From positions 32,054,001 to 32,118,000 of the forward strand of contig OX597835.1 of assembly GCA_951406725.2 (NCBI GenBank): DNA of 64,000 nucleotides. Direction: 5' to 3'. The translations under genes and the position numbers were made by a program. Below, piece by piece: positions 26,836 through 43,139 of the stretch. The notes under the pieces are model-generated. The model worked only from the letters and a program-made list of their open reading frames with translations, searched no databases and was not told the origin of the DNA. Numbering within the stretch: position 1 is the first letter of the stretch; the number at the start of each line of letters is the position of its first letter. The stretch comes from Octopus vulgaris. Its lineage: Eukaryota.

Positions 26836-27379
26836 TATATACATACAATATATACATACATAAAAACGTACGTACATACATATTACATTCATACATATCA
26901 ATATGTATGTATATATATATACATGTATATATATATATTATGTATATATATATATGTGTATATAGATATATATACGTGTGTGCCACTGTGTTTCTGTGTA
27001 TGCGTACTTGTATGTATGTTACATAGACATACACTTTCCGCTTAAGAACCGCATAGCTCACTTCTCAATTTTCAAAACAAATGACTCACGTAATATCGAT
27101 TTTTTTATGGTAGATATTTTCAACTACATTTTACGTGCGACTATTTTAAAGTCTCCGTCAATTCGACATAATATCTAATGTCATAGACGATAGTGGTAAT
27201 AATAACGGTAGTGGGGGAGGAGCAAGGCAATCGTGCCAGCGGCGGTGGCGGCGGCAGCTGCGGCTGGTGGTGGTGGTGGTGGTAGCAACTTCTCAATTCA
27301 CGTTGGTAATTATTATCATACATACATACATATATGTCTGTGTGTGTTTATGTATTATATGTATATGCAGGGACTTATA

Positions 27380-27580
27380 TGTCCGGTGGGATACTGAAAA
27401 GTTACTGACTACAAGAGGATAGCGAAAGGCCTGGTTAGAGGCCCAATATTCCGAGATCTTTTACAGGACTTAGAAGAACTAAAGGACCTCTGCAATAAGT
27501 ATGTGAGTCGGAGAAGGGAATATGTTGAATAAAATCATAATTAACTGATTCTCCTGTATTTACTTTTACCCAAAAACCTT
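27380..27580. mobile_element. Uninterrupted copy of the same small remnant
   Basis: Homologous to 6432-6670 but without the 71-bp insert. Confidence 0.55.
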
Positions 27581-27593
27581 TCATTACCGTGTC

Positions 27594-27628
<35 letters not shown>

Positions 27629-28429
27629 TACATAGGGGGTGGGCTCCGAAAGGGGTGTCAGGGAGTTGCGTCCCTGCCTTCCTGAGCTAGTTCCCACCAT
27701 ATTTTTTTTAAATCGTGGTAGAGGCCTTGTCTCGAGACAACTCATATTTAGAAACTGTGTAAGCAAGGGCATGATCCCTGTAGAAACTCCAGCTCCCAAA
27801 AATCCGCATGATTGCAAAGGGGAATGGGAACCAGCCAGCCAGTCGAAAGATTGGGGTGGGCTGCACCTGCCTACTGCGGTTACTATGGCATTGAGCTAGA
27901 TCCGGTGGCAAAAATGAATTCAAAGGGCCAGCCTTGTCGCGTTATGTCACGCTTAATGTCACTAAGAACTACGTCAAAGGCACGCGTGTCCTTGGAGTGC
28001 TCAGCCATTTGCACGTAAATTTCACAAGCAGGTTGTTCTGTTGATCGGATCAACTGGAACCCTCGTCGTTGTAATCGACGGAGTGCCTGTCGAGTTAGGC
28101 GGAAAGGATAATATCCAACGAACTTTAGAGGATCTTGGAGACTCTCGACAGGGACCCTTCTTTGAAACAAATGCTTGCAGCAGACTGGGCTCCCTTAAAG
28201 CCGCCCAAGGATCACATGGTAGTTTTAAACTGAATGACGGTTTACGTCATTCAAATTAATACCCAAAAGACGGGATTTTAATTCTAAATGCAAATGGCTG
28301 AAATGGACTCTAAGTGTCTTGAACTTCATCCAAATTTCTTCAAGTTTTCCTGGTAAATTGTTCAAGACAATGGGCTTTCTCGTCTGTTTGTCATGCTTGT
28401 GAAGTTTCTAGGAAAGGTGACGTTGGCAA

Positions 28430-29070
28430 CAGTGGTAGTGGTGGGGATGCTGGGGATGGTAGTAGTGGTGGTACTGGTGGTGGTGGTGGTCGTGCTGGTG
28501 GTGCTGGTGATGATGTTAGTAGTAGTAGTAGTAATGGTGGTGGTGGTGGCGTTGGCAGCGGCAACATTTATGTCGTGATGACGGTATTAAGAATGACAAG
28601 AGTATCATTCCAAGTAATTGAGGAAAGCACTACATTTGATTACAACGACAGTGGCGTAGTAGTGGTGGCGGTAGTGGTGGGGTTGTTGTTGATGGTGGTG
28701 GTGGTGCTGGTGCTGGTGGTGCTGGTGCTGGTGATGATTTTGAACGTGTTGGTGATAATAGAGGAAGTAGTGGACGTGTGAGGGAAGGTGGTGGTGATGG
28801 TGTTGGTGTTGGTGGTGGTATGGTGGTGGTGGTGGTGGTGGTGGGTTCGGTGCTGCTGGTGCTGCTGGTGCAAGTGGTGCTGGTTTTGAACGTATTGGTG
28901 ATGATAGTGGAAGTAGTGGAGGTGTGAGGGAAGGTAGTGGTGATGGTATTGATGGTGGTGGTAGTGGTGGTGGTAGTGGTGGCATCGGCGGCGGCAACAG
29001 TAGTGTCGTGTTTGGGGGATTAAGAATGGTGTCAGTCATGAAGGTAGCCATAGTGGAACTGGCGGTAATA
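28430..29070. repeat. Degenerate (GGT/GTG/GAT)n low-complexity tract
   Basis: Trinucleotide-periodic G/T-rich sequence. Confidence 0.9.
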
Positions 29071-29280
29071 GTGATTGGATGTCGTGAGTGGTATCGATGG
29101 TGCTAATGCTAATAATGGTTATGGAAGAAGCCGTGCAAGATATGAAGATATACTTATGGTTATTTACTGTATTGTAAGGTAAAGGTTAGTGTAAGGCAGC
29201 TAGTTACACTAATGGTGTACCGTGATATATTGAATGTTTTGCTTGGCGTTGTTACCGTGACTGACCTCAGGCAATAATGG

Positions 29281-29349
<69 letters not shown>

Positions 29350-29697
29350 ATCCAAACAAGAAAGCACAAAAAAACACAACAACGCGAGGACGTGGAACAA
29401 ATATAGTATTATTGGATGCTCAGGAAAGAAGGAAAGAAGGAGGGTTTAACGTTTCGGTATGTATGTATGTATGTATGTATGTATGTATGTATGTATACAT
29501 ATGCATATGTGTGTGTGTGTGTGTGTATGTATAAAGTTAAATACACAACCGAAAGAGCAACTAATAGTGTCATGCTATTGCAACACTTGAACTGACATAT
29601 TTATGAATTACGCCATATATATACATATGTGTGTGTCTCTACCTCTCTGTATGTCTGTCTGATTGTCTATCTATCTATATATACATACATACGTATA

Positions 29698-29774
<77 letters not shown>

Positions 29775-30900
29775 GTGTATATCACAGTGTATATACGTTA
29801 TACATATATATATATATGAATATTTCAATAACTCAGTGTATATACATTTATATGTGTGCGCGTGATTAAATGTGTATGTTTGTTTATGTGCATGTATGTA
29901 TTTATGTATGTATGTATGTATGTATGTATGTATGTATTACCCATATGTAGGTGTTTGAATATGCATTTTATGAATCTGTGTGTATGAAGGTGTATGAATT
30001 TAAAGATATACATACTGAAGTGAAAGACACCGAGAGAAAAATTCTATGACAAGATGAAAGATAGACAGAAAGAGAGAGAGGGGGGGAGGTGGTTAGCTTG
30101 AGATGGTAAAGAAAGCTTGGTAAAATTCGAACGACCTCCCTAATAAATGGAATTTTCATGTCTCTTGTGGCTTACATTAAGGTACATATAGGTGTGCGTG
30201 TAGTTATGCATGTGTGTGAATATGTGTGTTTGCGTGTCTGTATGTGTTTGTTTGTCTGTGTAGGGAGGGAAAAAGTTGGGGAAAGGAATGAATGAAAGAA
30301 AGAGAGGGAGATGCGGAGGAAGAGTTAGAGACGCGTAAAATGATGATTTTTTTGTTTTTGTTTTTTTATGTCTGAAGAGAGTAAAATGAGGAAAGGATAA
30401 CTTTAATGATGAAGATTGCGATGAAGTTGAGAATGAGGTGTTGAGAAGTCGAGAAGAGAGAGAGAGAGGGGGGATGGAGAAAGTGAGAGAGTAAGAATGT
30501 GTGTAAAGACAAAAGAGGGAAGGAGAGAGGCAGTGCGATGGAGACAGGAGTGATATGGAGGAAGGTAAAGTGATGGAGATGGAGAAACGGCGAGGGAGAG
30601 AGAGCGCGGGAAAATCCGACTTACGTACAGATTGGCATACACCGAGATACATACAATGGAAGAAATACGCAAATACACACATACATACTAACACATACAC
30701 ACACACACAAACGTGCATACGCTCCCTCCATCTTATCTCATTCTCTCTCACAATACACTCTCTCTTTCTCACACATGCACACACAAATACGTGCACACAC
30801 ATACACACACATGGCCTATCGCACACACAGACACACACAGTTTTTCTCACACGCGCCCACACATACAGGTGCGCACACATGCATACGCACTCTCACACCT

Positions 30901-30931
<31 letters not shown>

Positions 30932-31069
30932 TACAGGTATACATACGCGTGCACACACATATAACCTCTCTCTTTCCCTCCACCCCTCGCTCTCACACGT
31001 ACACATGGTTAGAGTGAGATGACACTGAAGCTTTAAAAAATGCATTTCATTGTTTTTCCATTTCATTTC

Positions 31070-31615
<546 letters not shown>

Positions 31616-31742
31616 TCATCATGATCGTCATCATCGTTATTTGAAGACACCCACTACATTATTGTACAAGAATCAGCAACACGCTCATTGATTATGGAAC
31701 AAAGAAAAAAAGATAGCTAAAATTTAACCATGCAAGAATGAA

Positions 31743-31781
<39 letters not shown>

Positions 31782-32079
31782 ATATATAAATAAATATATA
31801 AATATATAAATAAATAAATAAGTTGGTGGAACCTGATTCCAATCCATCAGGAATCTGGTTGTAGAGTTCACATAATTTTTAGGATAATCGATTTAAATTT
31901 GATACCTAACTAAATGGGAGCTTCGTTGTCCTTTGCTAAAGATTTCGTTATTGCGGTGAAGAATTCTTCAAGTGAATTCTATAGCGAAAGATTTTTTTTC
32001 TTTTTCCTTTTTTAGTGTTTTTTCTTTTTCTTTATTATTATTATTATTACATATTATTACATTATTATTACATTAAATG

Positions 32080-32127
<48 letters not shown>

Positions 32128-32284
32128 GTATGTATTATTATTATGTGTGTAGTATCTGTGAATACGTGCGTATACATGCTTGTACATACATATACATATA
32201 GAAACAAACGAATGTATATAGATATATATACATGGACATATACATTTATATACACATATATATTTACACACACACACACACACA

Positions 32285-32327
<43 letters not shown>

Positions 32328-33062
32328 GTATGAATATGTATACATGCACATACATGCAAGTATGAATATGTATGTGCATATATGTATGTATGTATGTATG
32401 TATGTATATATGTACGCACGTATGTATGTATATATGTATACATGTATTGCACGTATATATGTATATATATGTACATATACATTTTATATATAAATATGTA
32501 TGTACGTATTTGTGCGTGGGTGTGTTTGTGTCTGAGTGTGCGTCTACGCGTAGGTGTATTTGTGTGTATTACACTTTTTTGTCTCCTATATATAATTTTT
32601 TATATATTTTATTTATTTTATACATTTATTTAGTTGTGGGTGGGTGGAGATCTATGTTGACTATGCATGATTCTTCTTTTTTTATTATTATTCATTGAAA
32701 TTTTATTGTTTCAGGGCATAATTACTATTTTGAGTGTATTATATTCTACTGATTGCTTTCATTTCCATCGATTTATCGATACGCTGAATCGAATTACAAT
32801 ACGGAGATGCAAGATTTGCCGGGAAACAGTTTAAAGCTATAAAATATTCAGTTTAAGAGTCAATTAAACAATTAGCTGGTTAATTAATTTAATGTAGTAT
32901 TTGCTGCATAGTTTGACTTAATAAAACATATAAAATCAGTGTTGATTATTTTTATTGCATTGATTATGTAATCCATTCAATGACATCATGAAATGTATGT
33001 CTGTGTGTGCAATAACAGGTGTGTCCCTCTATGTGACAGTGGGCGGGTTTGTCTGTATATGC

Positions 33063-33108
<46 letters not shown>

Positions 33109-33465
33109 AGTTATCGCCAAGCTAATATGGCAGTCCATAAATATAGGACGAAAGCTGCCGTTGAGTAACTCCAAGAGGCCATCGCCTCTAGCTCCTATAT
33201 GACACACGAACCTGTGTCCGTTATAATCTTCGATCAGGGGAGGTCAGCCGCTTCCCCTTGCTGGTCAGGCATCTGCAGACATGTTTCAGTGTATTTGCCC
33301 TTTATCAATGCAGAGTAGCCAAACCCAGCAGGCGTCGCTGGGTATATATATATATATATATATCTTGCCTTTTTCTCTCTCCTCCTCTATCTTAACGGAA
33401 GAAGAGCCTAGGCTCGAAACGTTAAAGACTTCTATTTTTCCTAAGTGTCAACCTAATGTACCCTG

Positions 33466-33496
<31 letters not shown>

Positions 33497-33815
33497 CCTT
33501 ATACCTAGACAGTAAGTCACTCAAAAATATGTGGTGTTGTCTTGATTCAAACATTGAAATTTCGTAATGCTGTTAATGAGCAGCTGATACAAACAAGCAC
33601 ACACACACTCACACACACTCGTATGTTAATCTATATTTTGCTCTATATTATGGAACGCATCAGATGTTTGTTAGCTAAGCCGACGATTATGTACAAATAT
33701 TTAATCAATAACAAAACGTTCAAGATCCGTAACTTGCAAGTACACTACATGTCTCTTTTATTCCCCCATTCCTCTCTCGTCCCTCTATCTTTCTGAGATG
33801 CATATGAGGAGACGT

Positions 33816-34239
33816 GGAGGCGCAATGGCCCCGGGGTTTGGGCAGCGGACTCGCGGTCGGGGGATCGCGGTTTCGATTCCCAGACCGGGCGTTGTGTGTG
33901 TCTATTGAGGGAAAACACGTAAGCTCCACGATGCTCCGGTAGGGGGTGGATAACGACCCCTGTTATACTCTTTCGCCCCAACTGTCTCTCTCTTTCTTCC
34001 TGCTTCTTGAGTAACGCTGCGATAGACTGGCGTCCCGTCCAGCTGGGGGGAACACATACGCCACAGAAACCGGGAAACCGGGCCCATGAGCCTGGCTAGG
34101 CTTGAAAAGAGCCTCGTGGAGTTAATTAGATGTATTCGCCCAATAAGCACTCCACAACGCTCACACCCACACTCTGGGAATCGAAACCGCGATCCTACGA
34201 CCGCGAGTCCGCTGCCCTAACCACTGGACCATTGCGCCT

Positions 34240-34240
<1 letters not shown>
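33816..34240. mobile_element. Two family C SINEs tail-to-tail (33816-34108 + with tail type 3; about 34110-34240 -)
   Basis: Heads face outward. Tail type 3 (GGGAAACCGGGCCC..GAGCCTGGCTAGGC) recurs at 57746-57945 (-). Confidence 0.8.
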
Positions 34241-34283
<43 letters not shown>

Positions 34284-34290
34284 GTATATA

Positions 34291-34433
34291 AGCGCAAGAG
34301 TGGTAAGTAGCTTGCTTACCAACCACATGGTTCCAGGTTCAGTTCCACTGAATGGCATTTTAAGCAAGTGTCTACGGCTATAGCCTCGGGATGACCAAAA
34401 CTGAAAGAAGCCCCTCGTATGCATATGTCTATA

Positions 34434-34470
<37 letters not shown>

Positions 34471-34642
34471 TTGTATCCACTCCCAACAAAATTGTTCTTA
34501 CGTCCTCGTAACTTAGCGGTTCGGCAAAAGGGGCCGATAGGATAAGTACTAAGCTTATAAAGAATAAGTTCTGGGGTCTATTTGTTCCACTAAAGGCGGC
34601 GCTCCAGCATGGCCGCAGTCAAATAACTGAAACAATACAAGA

Positions 34643-34643
<1 letters not shown>
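34291..34643 (+). mobile_element. SINE family B, degenerate
   Basis: Same head and tail motifs. Confidence 0.8.
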
Positions 34644-34681
<38 letters not shown>

Positions 34682-34711
34682 TATATAGAGATAGATAGAT
34701 AGATAGATAGA

Positions 34712-34810
<99 letters not shown>

Positions 34811-34853
34811 ATACATACATAGGATGGGAAATCTAGGTCAAGTTAACGTCAAG

Positions 34854-35344
34854 CAATGTGTATAGATGTGTGCTTGTTTGTGTATGTGTGTATATATATA
34901 TACACACACACATATATATATATATATGTATGTATGTATGTATGCACGAACGCATATGCCTGTATATTCTCTCATACTGTATAGATCGGTCTATTTAAGG
35001 GTTTCCTTTGGAGTCCACAGACTAAACATAGAGGGTCCACCTATAAAACTTGAATGGTATGAACAACTACATCTCTCTCTATTTCTCCTTCTCTCTCATC
35101 CAATGTGTATAGATGTGTGCTTGTTTGTGTATGTGTGTATATATATATACACACACACATATATATATATATATGTATGTATGTATGTATGCACGAACGC
35201 ATATGCCTGTATATTCTCTCATACTGTATAGATCGGTCTATTTAAGGGTTTCCTTTGGAGTCCACAGACTAAACATAGAGGGTCCACCTATAAAACCTGA
35301 ATGGTATGAACAACTACATCTCTCTCTATTTCTCCTTCTCTCTC
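34854..35344 (+). repeat. 247-bp direct tandem duplication
   Basis: Units start at 34854 and 35101; one substitution seen (AAAACTT vs AAAACCT). Confidence 0.95.
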
Positions 35345-35360
35345 TCTCACTCCCTCTTCC

Positions 35361-35391
<31 letters not shown>

Positions 35392-35656
35392 CCAATATAC
35401 TAAGTAATCAGCCGATAGTATTAGTCATTGAATAACAAAAGAGTTTGAAATGCGAACTGCTTTATGAGAAGAACTTTGAATAGTAACGGGTGGGACAACA
35501 TACTCAGCAATAATAAATTCCATCAGTAGTAATATAAATCAATTCCATATACAAATAACTGGACATGTATTACTCCAACACTTTATCTGGGTCCATACAT
35601 TATTAATAAAACTATTCCCAGAAAAGAAAAAAAAATACCAAAATCTTGCTTTAAGA

Positions 35657-36066
35657 ACTCTTTTATTTGTTTCAGTCATTTGATTGGAGCCATGCTGGAG
35701 CACCACCTTTAGTCGAGCAAATCGACCGCAGAACTTATTCTTGTAAGCCTAGTAATTATTCTATCGGTCTCTTTTTGCCGAACCGCTAAGTTACGGGGAC
35801 GTAACCACACCAGCATCGGTTGTCAAGCGATGTTGAGGGGACAAATACAGACACACAAACATATACACACACACATATATATATTATATATATATACATA
35901 TATACGACGGGCTTCTTTCAATTTCCGTCTACCAAATCTACTCACAAGCCTTTGGTCGGCCCGAGGCTATAGTAGAAGACATTTACCCAAGGTGCCATGC
36001 AGTGAGACTGAACCCAAAACCATGTTGTTGGTATGCAAGCTACTTACCACACAGCCACTTCTGCGC
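35657..36066 (-). mobile_element. SINE family B
   Basis: Full-length reverse copy. Confidence 0.88.
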
Positions 36067-37234
36067 CATGTCACATAAAAAAGAACATATTTATGTCACA
36101 TAAATAAAAAAAAGTCTTTCAAGCTTTGCTTAATATAAAGTTCACCAAATTTAGTCATGTCTACAAAGTGCTGAATCATATGTTTAGCTTTCTTTTCTAA
36201 GCCTACGAATTTTTCACACACGCATTTATTTTTCTTGAGCCTTACACCTTATAAAACCGGTTGCCCCAGATCCGTGGCGTATAAGAACGAGGCAACAACA
36301 ATTTCCCTGAAAGAGACACCAGACCCTCTGGGAGTTCAACACCAGCAATTTTGAGGGAAGGGGTAAGCCCCAATACTTGACTGGTACTTTATTTTAAATG
36401 TGAAGGAGCATGGCTTAGGTGTTAGTGTATTCGGCTATCTTGACTTCAATTCCTGGCGATGCGTTGTGTCCTTGAGCAAGACACTTTATTTCACGATGTT
36501 GCAGTCCACTCGACTGGCAAAATTGAATATCACCTGTATTTCAAAGGGCCAATCTTGTCACAGTATGTGCAACGCTGAATCTCCCACAGATCTACGTTAA
36601 GACTACACGTGTCTGTGGTGTGCTCAGCCCCTCGCACGTGAATTTCACAAGCAGGCTGTTCTAGTGGCCAGGTTAACTGTAACCCTCATCGTTGCAAGTG
36701 ACGGAGTGCCAATCAATTTATTTTATAGACCCTAAAAGGATGAAAGGCAAAACTGATCCCGGAAGGGGCTCGGCGCGCTTAAGAGCCTTCCAGCTCGTCA
36801 CCTTACAGATCCACTGATCCTGTATCAATTACATACGTTCAAACGAAAAGGCTCGATTTTAGGGATCATAGTATATATTTAAAACAAAGAAATTTTTCGT
36901 AATTTTTGCTTCTTTATCTTTAAAAAATTTAGTATAAATGAAATCAGCGCAAACGAAAATGAACGAGAAAAGGTAAAGAAAATAAACGGTGGTGCAGATG
37001 GTGGTGGTGGTGGGGTTGTAGTGGTGATAGTGGAGATGGTGTTAGTGATGGTGGTGGTGTTAGTGGTGATGGTGGTGTTAGTGGTGGTGGTGGTTGTGGT
37101 GGTGTTATTCCCTTAACTACTGTTCTTTCGGCTGCTCTTGGTATCGGCATGTTTGCTCAAAAGAGCTTTGAAGCAATTATAATGAAGTTTTGCACTAAGT
37201 GGTAGAGAAGAGAAAGGAGGGACAGAGCGATAGA

Positions 37235-37276
<42 letters not shown>

Positions 37277-37940
37277 CAAAGAGAGAAAGTGGACAGACGG
37301 GGAATAGGAGTAGGAGAAAGAAAGAAATGTGATGAAGACAGAGAAAAAAGGGAAGAGAAAATAAAATTTAAAAAAAAACAAAACTGAACAAGGTGACTAA
37401 AATTTGAAGGGACAGAAGCCAAATGTAGATTAATGAAATTTTAAAGCTTTCAAAGTGTTAATAATCTCTATCTAAAGTGATTCCTATTCGGAAGGATTAA
37501 GGATAAACGCCTATGCGCGTGCACGCACTCACACACACACACACACATGCATACACAAACATAAATACATGAAATGTGTGTGTGTGTGTGTGTATGTGTG
37601 TGTGTGTGTGTATGCATGTATGTATAGGAAAGCGAAGAAAGAGCCAAAATTTTGCTCGCTCTTTACTTGTCTCTCTCATTCAAACATATCGTGAGTAATA
37701 CTCAACGACAATTTATCAACGATATTATCAATAATAATGACAGAAACGTCACGTGGGTAGAGTATGTGTTCAGCGGCAGACATATTAGGTTCTATTTTCT
37801 ATACCGAAATAAAAAGTGTTTTTTTCATGGGCTTAGAACCAACAAGGCGCAGATAAATATTAGAGGAAAGTTGCCCACCGTATTAGTTATATAAGGGAGA
37901 AGACACAGGAAAACGCTAAAAGAGAGAATATAATGCAATG

Positions 37941-37998
<58 letters not shown>

Positions 37999-38047
37999 GG
38001 TCCCGGGTTGATTCGGGGTTAACCACAGTAAATAAGGTACTCAATAC

Positions 38048-38473
<426 letters not shown>

Positions 38474-38490
38474 ATATATATATATATATA

Positions 38491-38656
38491 GGCACAAGAG
38501 TAGGTATGTGGTAAGGAGCTTGCTTACCAACCACATGGTCCCGGGTTCAGTCCCATTGCATGGCACCTTGGGCAAGTGTCTTCTACTGTAGCCTCGGACC
38601 AACCAAAGTCTTGTGAGTGGATTTGGTAGACGGAAACTGAAAGAAGCCCGTCGTAT
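38491..38656 (+). mobile_element. SINE family B, 5' half
   Basis: Head through GAAAGAAGCCCGTCG, then (TA)n. Confidence 0.82.
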
Positions 38657-38671
38657 ATATGTATATGTAAA

Positions 38672-38726
<55 letters not shown>

Positions 38727-38761
38727 GTATGTGTGTGAGTGTGTGTATGTATGTATGTATG

Positions 38762-38807
<46 letters not shown>

Positions 38808-39306
38808 CTCTCATAACTATCTTACACACGTAACATTTGTACTTCGATGGGAAAAAATTGCAAATATAAGTTAATTATAATTTTGCGGTTTGGTTATTTC
38901 GATTTTCTTAAATGTTTTGTCTCCCATACCGAGATGGAGATAATCCAATATACGCGGCTGTATGTGTATTCGTATGTCTGTGGATACGTATGCCTAAACG
39001 CGAACATATATATAGAGAGAGAGGGGAGGAGAGAGAAAGAGAGAGAGACAGAGACTGCTATACATATATATAGACTCACACACGCATGCATTTTTTTACA
39101 AATACATATATATGTGTATGAGCGTGTGTGCGTGTGTGTGTATTAGTCGGTTTCTATGTGTATTGTGCAAATATATATATATGCATTAATATACGTATTG
39201 ATGCATAGATGTATGTATGTATATATATATATATGTATGTATATATATGTGTGTATGTATATATATATATGTGTATGTATATATATATGTGTGTGTATAT
39301 ATATGC

Positions 39307-39339
<33 letters not shown>

Positions 39340-39443
39340 CGTACATACATGCATATGTAAATATCACATTTATGGTTTGTTTTCTGTGTATATGTACATA
39401 TGTGTGTATGTGTGTATATATATATATGCATATATTTGCATGC

Positions 39444-39581
<138 letters not shown>

Positions 39582-39852
39582 ATATCTACTTACATGTTTA
39601 TGTATATTTTTTGTGGCGTGTACACGTGATTCTTACCCCACCTGTTTATTCCTATAACTGTCAAAGATACGTTGCTATTTGTCAACACACGACTCAAACC
39701 TTCCATCACATTTGACGGGCATTTATTGAAATGATTAATTGCAACCTATTCTCCGCTGCAAATGACACAGATTACAACGACGGTCACTCACACCCAGAAC
39801 CTGTAGAACTCATGGATGCTGAGGGTGGGAGTGGTGGTAGTCATGGTAATCT

Positions 39853-39919
<67 letters not shown>

Positions 39920-40023
39920 TGTTGTTGTTGTTGTAGGTTTTGTTTTTGTATTTTACTTTTTGCCACTGTCTTATGTTTTTTGTAGCAGCACACTTTTGAT
40001 TTGCATAGCACACTATCTTTCTG

Positions 40024-40060
<37 letters not shown>

Positions 40061-40349
40061 TTATCTATCTATCTAACTATCTATCTATCGATCTATCTAT
40101 ATGTATGTATGTATGTCTATCTATTTATTTATGTCTATTTACCTGCCTGTCTGCTTGCCTGCATGTCCCTCTAGCAATTTATCTATATAAATCTATTAAT
40201 CTGCCAATCTGTACATCTGTCTATCTACCTGTCTTCTTCTCTCTTTCTCTCTCTAGCTCTCTCACTATCTCTCTCCCTCCCTGTGTATATATATATACAT
40301 ATATATGTATACACACACACATATATATATATATATACATATACATATA

Positions 40350-40428
<79 letters not shown>

Positions 40429-40433
40429 ATATA

Positions 40434-40492
<59 letters not shown>

Positions 40493-40828
40493 GGCGCACG
40501 GCTCAGTGGTTAGAGCGTCGAGCTTACGATCGTGAGGTTGTGAGCTCGAATCCCGGACCGGGCTGCGTGTTGTGTTCTTGATCAAGGCACTTTATTTCAC
40601 GTTGCTCCAGTTCACTCAGCTGTAGAAATGAGTTGCGACGTCACAGGTGCCAAGCAGTATCGACCTTTGTCTTTCCCTTGGATAACACTGGTGGCGTGGA
40701 GAGGGGAGGCTGGTATGCATGGGCGACTGCTGGTCTTCCATAAACAACCTTGCCCGGACTTGTGTCTAGGAGGGTAACTTTCTAGGTGCAATCCCATGGT
40801 CATTCATGACCGAAGGGGGTCTTTACCC

Positions 40829-40830
<2 letters not shown>
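40493..40830 (+). mobile_element. tRNA-derived SINE inserted in (TA)n
   Basis: GGCTCAGTGGTTAGAGCG A-box and CTCGAATCCC B-box, followed by TTG..CAAGGCACTTTATTTC core rather than a tRNA 3' acceptor strand. Confidence 0.8.
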
Positions 40831-40864
<34 letters not shown>

Positions 40865-41154
40865 CATACATACATACATACATACATACATACATTTATA
40901 TATTTACATTTACATGCACGCGCGCACCGAATAGACAGTCACATTGACTGAAATATGGGCAGAAAGACAGTTATTGATATTGGTTTACAGAGATATAACA
41001 ACTAACATTGAATTATCTTGAAATATCGTGCTGAAGTTGGATTTTTTCAAAACTGCAATAAAAACACACTATCAACGAAGGCAACAAGGGAAAGAAACAA
41101 GACAAAACAAATCGATATTATTATTATCATACTTGTTGTTGTTGTTGTTGTTGC

Positions 41155-41222
<68 letters not shown>

Positions 41223-41416
41223 CTGTTATTGGTTTATTGCTTTACTTATTAGTGATGTCTACTTCGGCAGCATTGGTTAGATATGTAAGTCACATACAGT
41301 AAATATATATATATATATATATATCCACACTCATATATATATATGTAAATACATATATGTAATATATATATATATAACATATATATATATATTTGTATAT
41401 GCACTTATATACATAC

Positions 41417-41471
<55 letters not shown>

Positions 41472-41699
41472 TAGATAGATAGAGAGAGAGATAGTGTGTG
41501 TGTATGCACTCATATACTTGTACATAATATCTACACTCATATATACATACACACAAACCATCACATACATATATCTTCGTGATTCTTACTCCTTAAAAAA
41601 GCATCACCACCAACTCTATCATCAGGATCATAGTCGTTGTCACCATCGTCTTCCTTATCATCATCATCATCAGCAGCAGCAGCAGCAGCTGCAGCATTA

Positions 41700-41915
41700 T
41701 GACGGTGAGCTGGCAGAGTCGTTAACACGCCGGGCAAATTGCTTAGCGGTACTTCGATCGTTTATACGATCTGGGTACAAATTCCGCCAAAGTCGACTTT
41801 GCCTTTCATCCTTTCGAGGTCGATAAATTAAGTACCAGAGAATTTCTGTTTGGGGTCGATGTAAGCGACTTATCCCCCTCTCCCGCCACGCCACAAATTT
41901 CAGACCTTGTGCGTT
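41700..41915 (+). mobile_element. SINE family A
   Basis: GACGGTGAGCTGGCAGA head plus core. Confidence 0.8.
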
Positions 41916-42974
41916 TATGTTCGGAGATCAAATGTCTGAGGAAGGAGTAAAGTGACTCCACTTCGTGAAGAACAGGATTTTTATCCAATTTGCCTCGAAA
42001 GGAACACTGAAGAAGCTTTAGTCGATGAAAGGATGACCGCTTCGTCTATCAGGTGAAGGAGCTTCTTATCGAGGGCTTTTAAGGCCAGTTACCAGCCATA
42101 TATGTGACCGAAAACGTAATAATCCCCCCGGTAGGGGACGCGATTTTCTTTTTGCTACGATAGTTCAGGACTCCTGTAATGAACTCATTTGCATTCAGCC
42201 AATCAGAGCTTACTTTGATCAGGTTGTCAAGTTAACAAACACACCCTAGCAAGTAAACTCAAGACGAAGAATGGTGTTGTAAGTCGACCGATCGCTAAGT
42301 TATGCCGGATTTTAGAAGGAGACAAGTGATTGGATAGATTTGCATCTATACCTATTATCGGATTTTGTTAGGGCCCCAAAAGAGATGTGGATGGAAAAAT
42401 TGTGGGTAAAGGGTGATGTGCTAGCAACCTTCTCCCGTTAATGTTTTACAAAGTAAACAACAACACAAATAACTACGCAGAAGCAGCCATGGTTGAAACA
42501 AGAACAAGATCAAAAAGCATTATTAAAAGAGAAAAGCATGGTCATTCCCTACCCAAGTGACCTTATCTTATCGCCCATCACATGTTATGCGCTCATAAAT
42601 TAGTTTGATATTTGAGCTCTGATTGGCTATATGCAAATGAGTTCATAACTGGCTGTCGATCTGAAGAGTTGCGTTCATATTTTCGCTTTTTTTATATAAA
42701 ATGGCCGGCGTATATTGAATAAAAACTTTTCAACCTCTCGCTTGTATTCTTTCTGACGTAACACTTTACAGGTTGATGTAATATGGTCAATATGTTCTTC
42801 TCATAATACTCTGGAGCCACTCTTACGAAAAGTCAGGTACTTTCACGATCTTGGTCCCCGGGGAACTCTCTGGGTAACTGCTTTTCTTCAGTTGATTATT
42901 TCACAACTTATCATGTTTTTATAGTCTTCTTCTTCTTCTTTTTATTCTTCTTCTTCTTCTTATTATTATTATTA

Positions 42975-43094
<120 letters not shown>

Positions 43095-43139
43095 TTCATT
43101 TTATTTTTCATATTTCATTTTATTATTCATATTTTTTCC

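Noticed and set aside
28605-29051. Pro/His-rich 148-aa ORF
   Set aside because: Translation of degenerate (GGT)n low-complexity DNA, open in several frames, with no splice support.
40493-40565. tRNA-like sequence
   Set aside because: It continues into a SINE core and tail and has no proper acceptor stem, so it is a SINE head.
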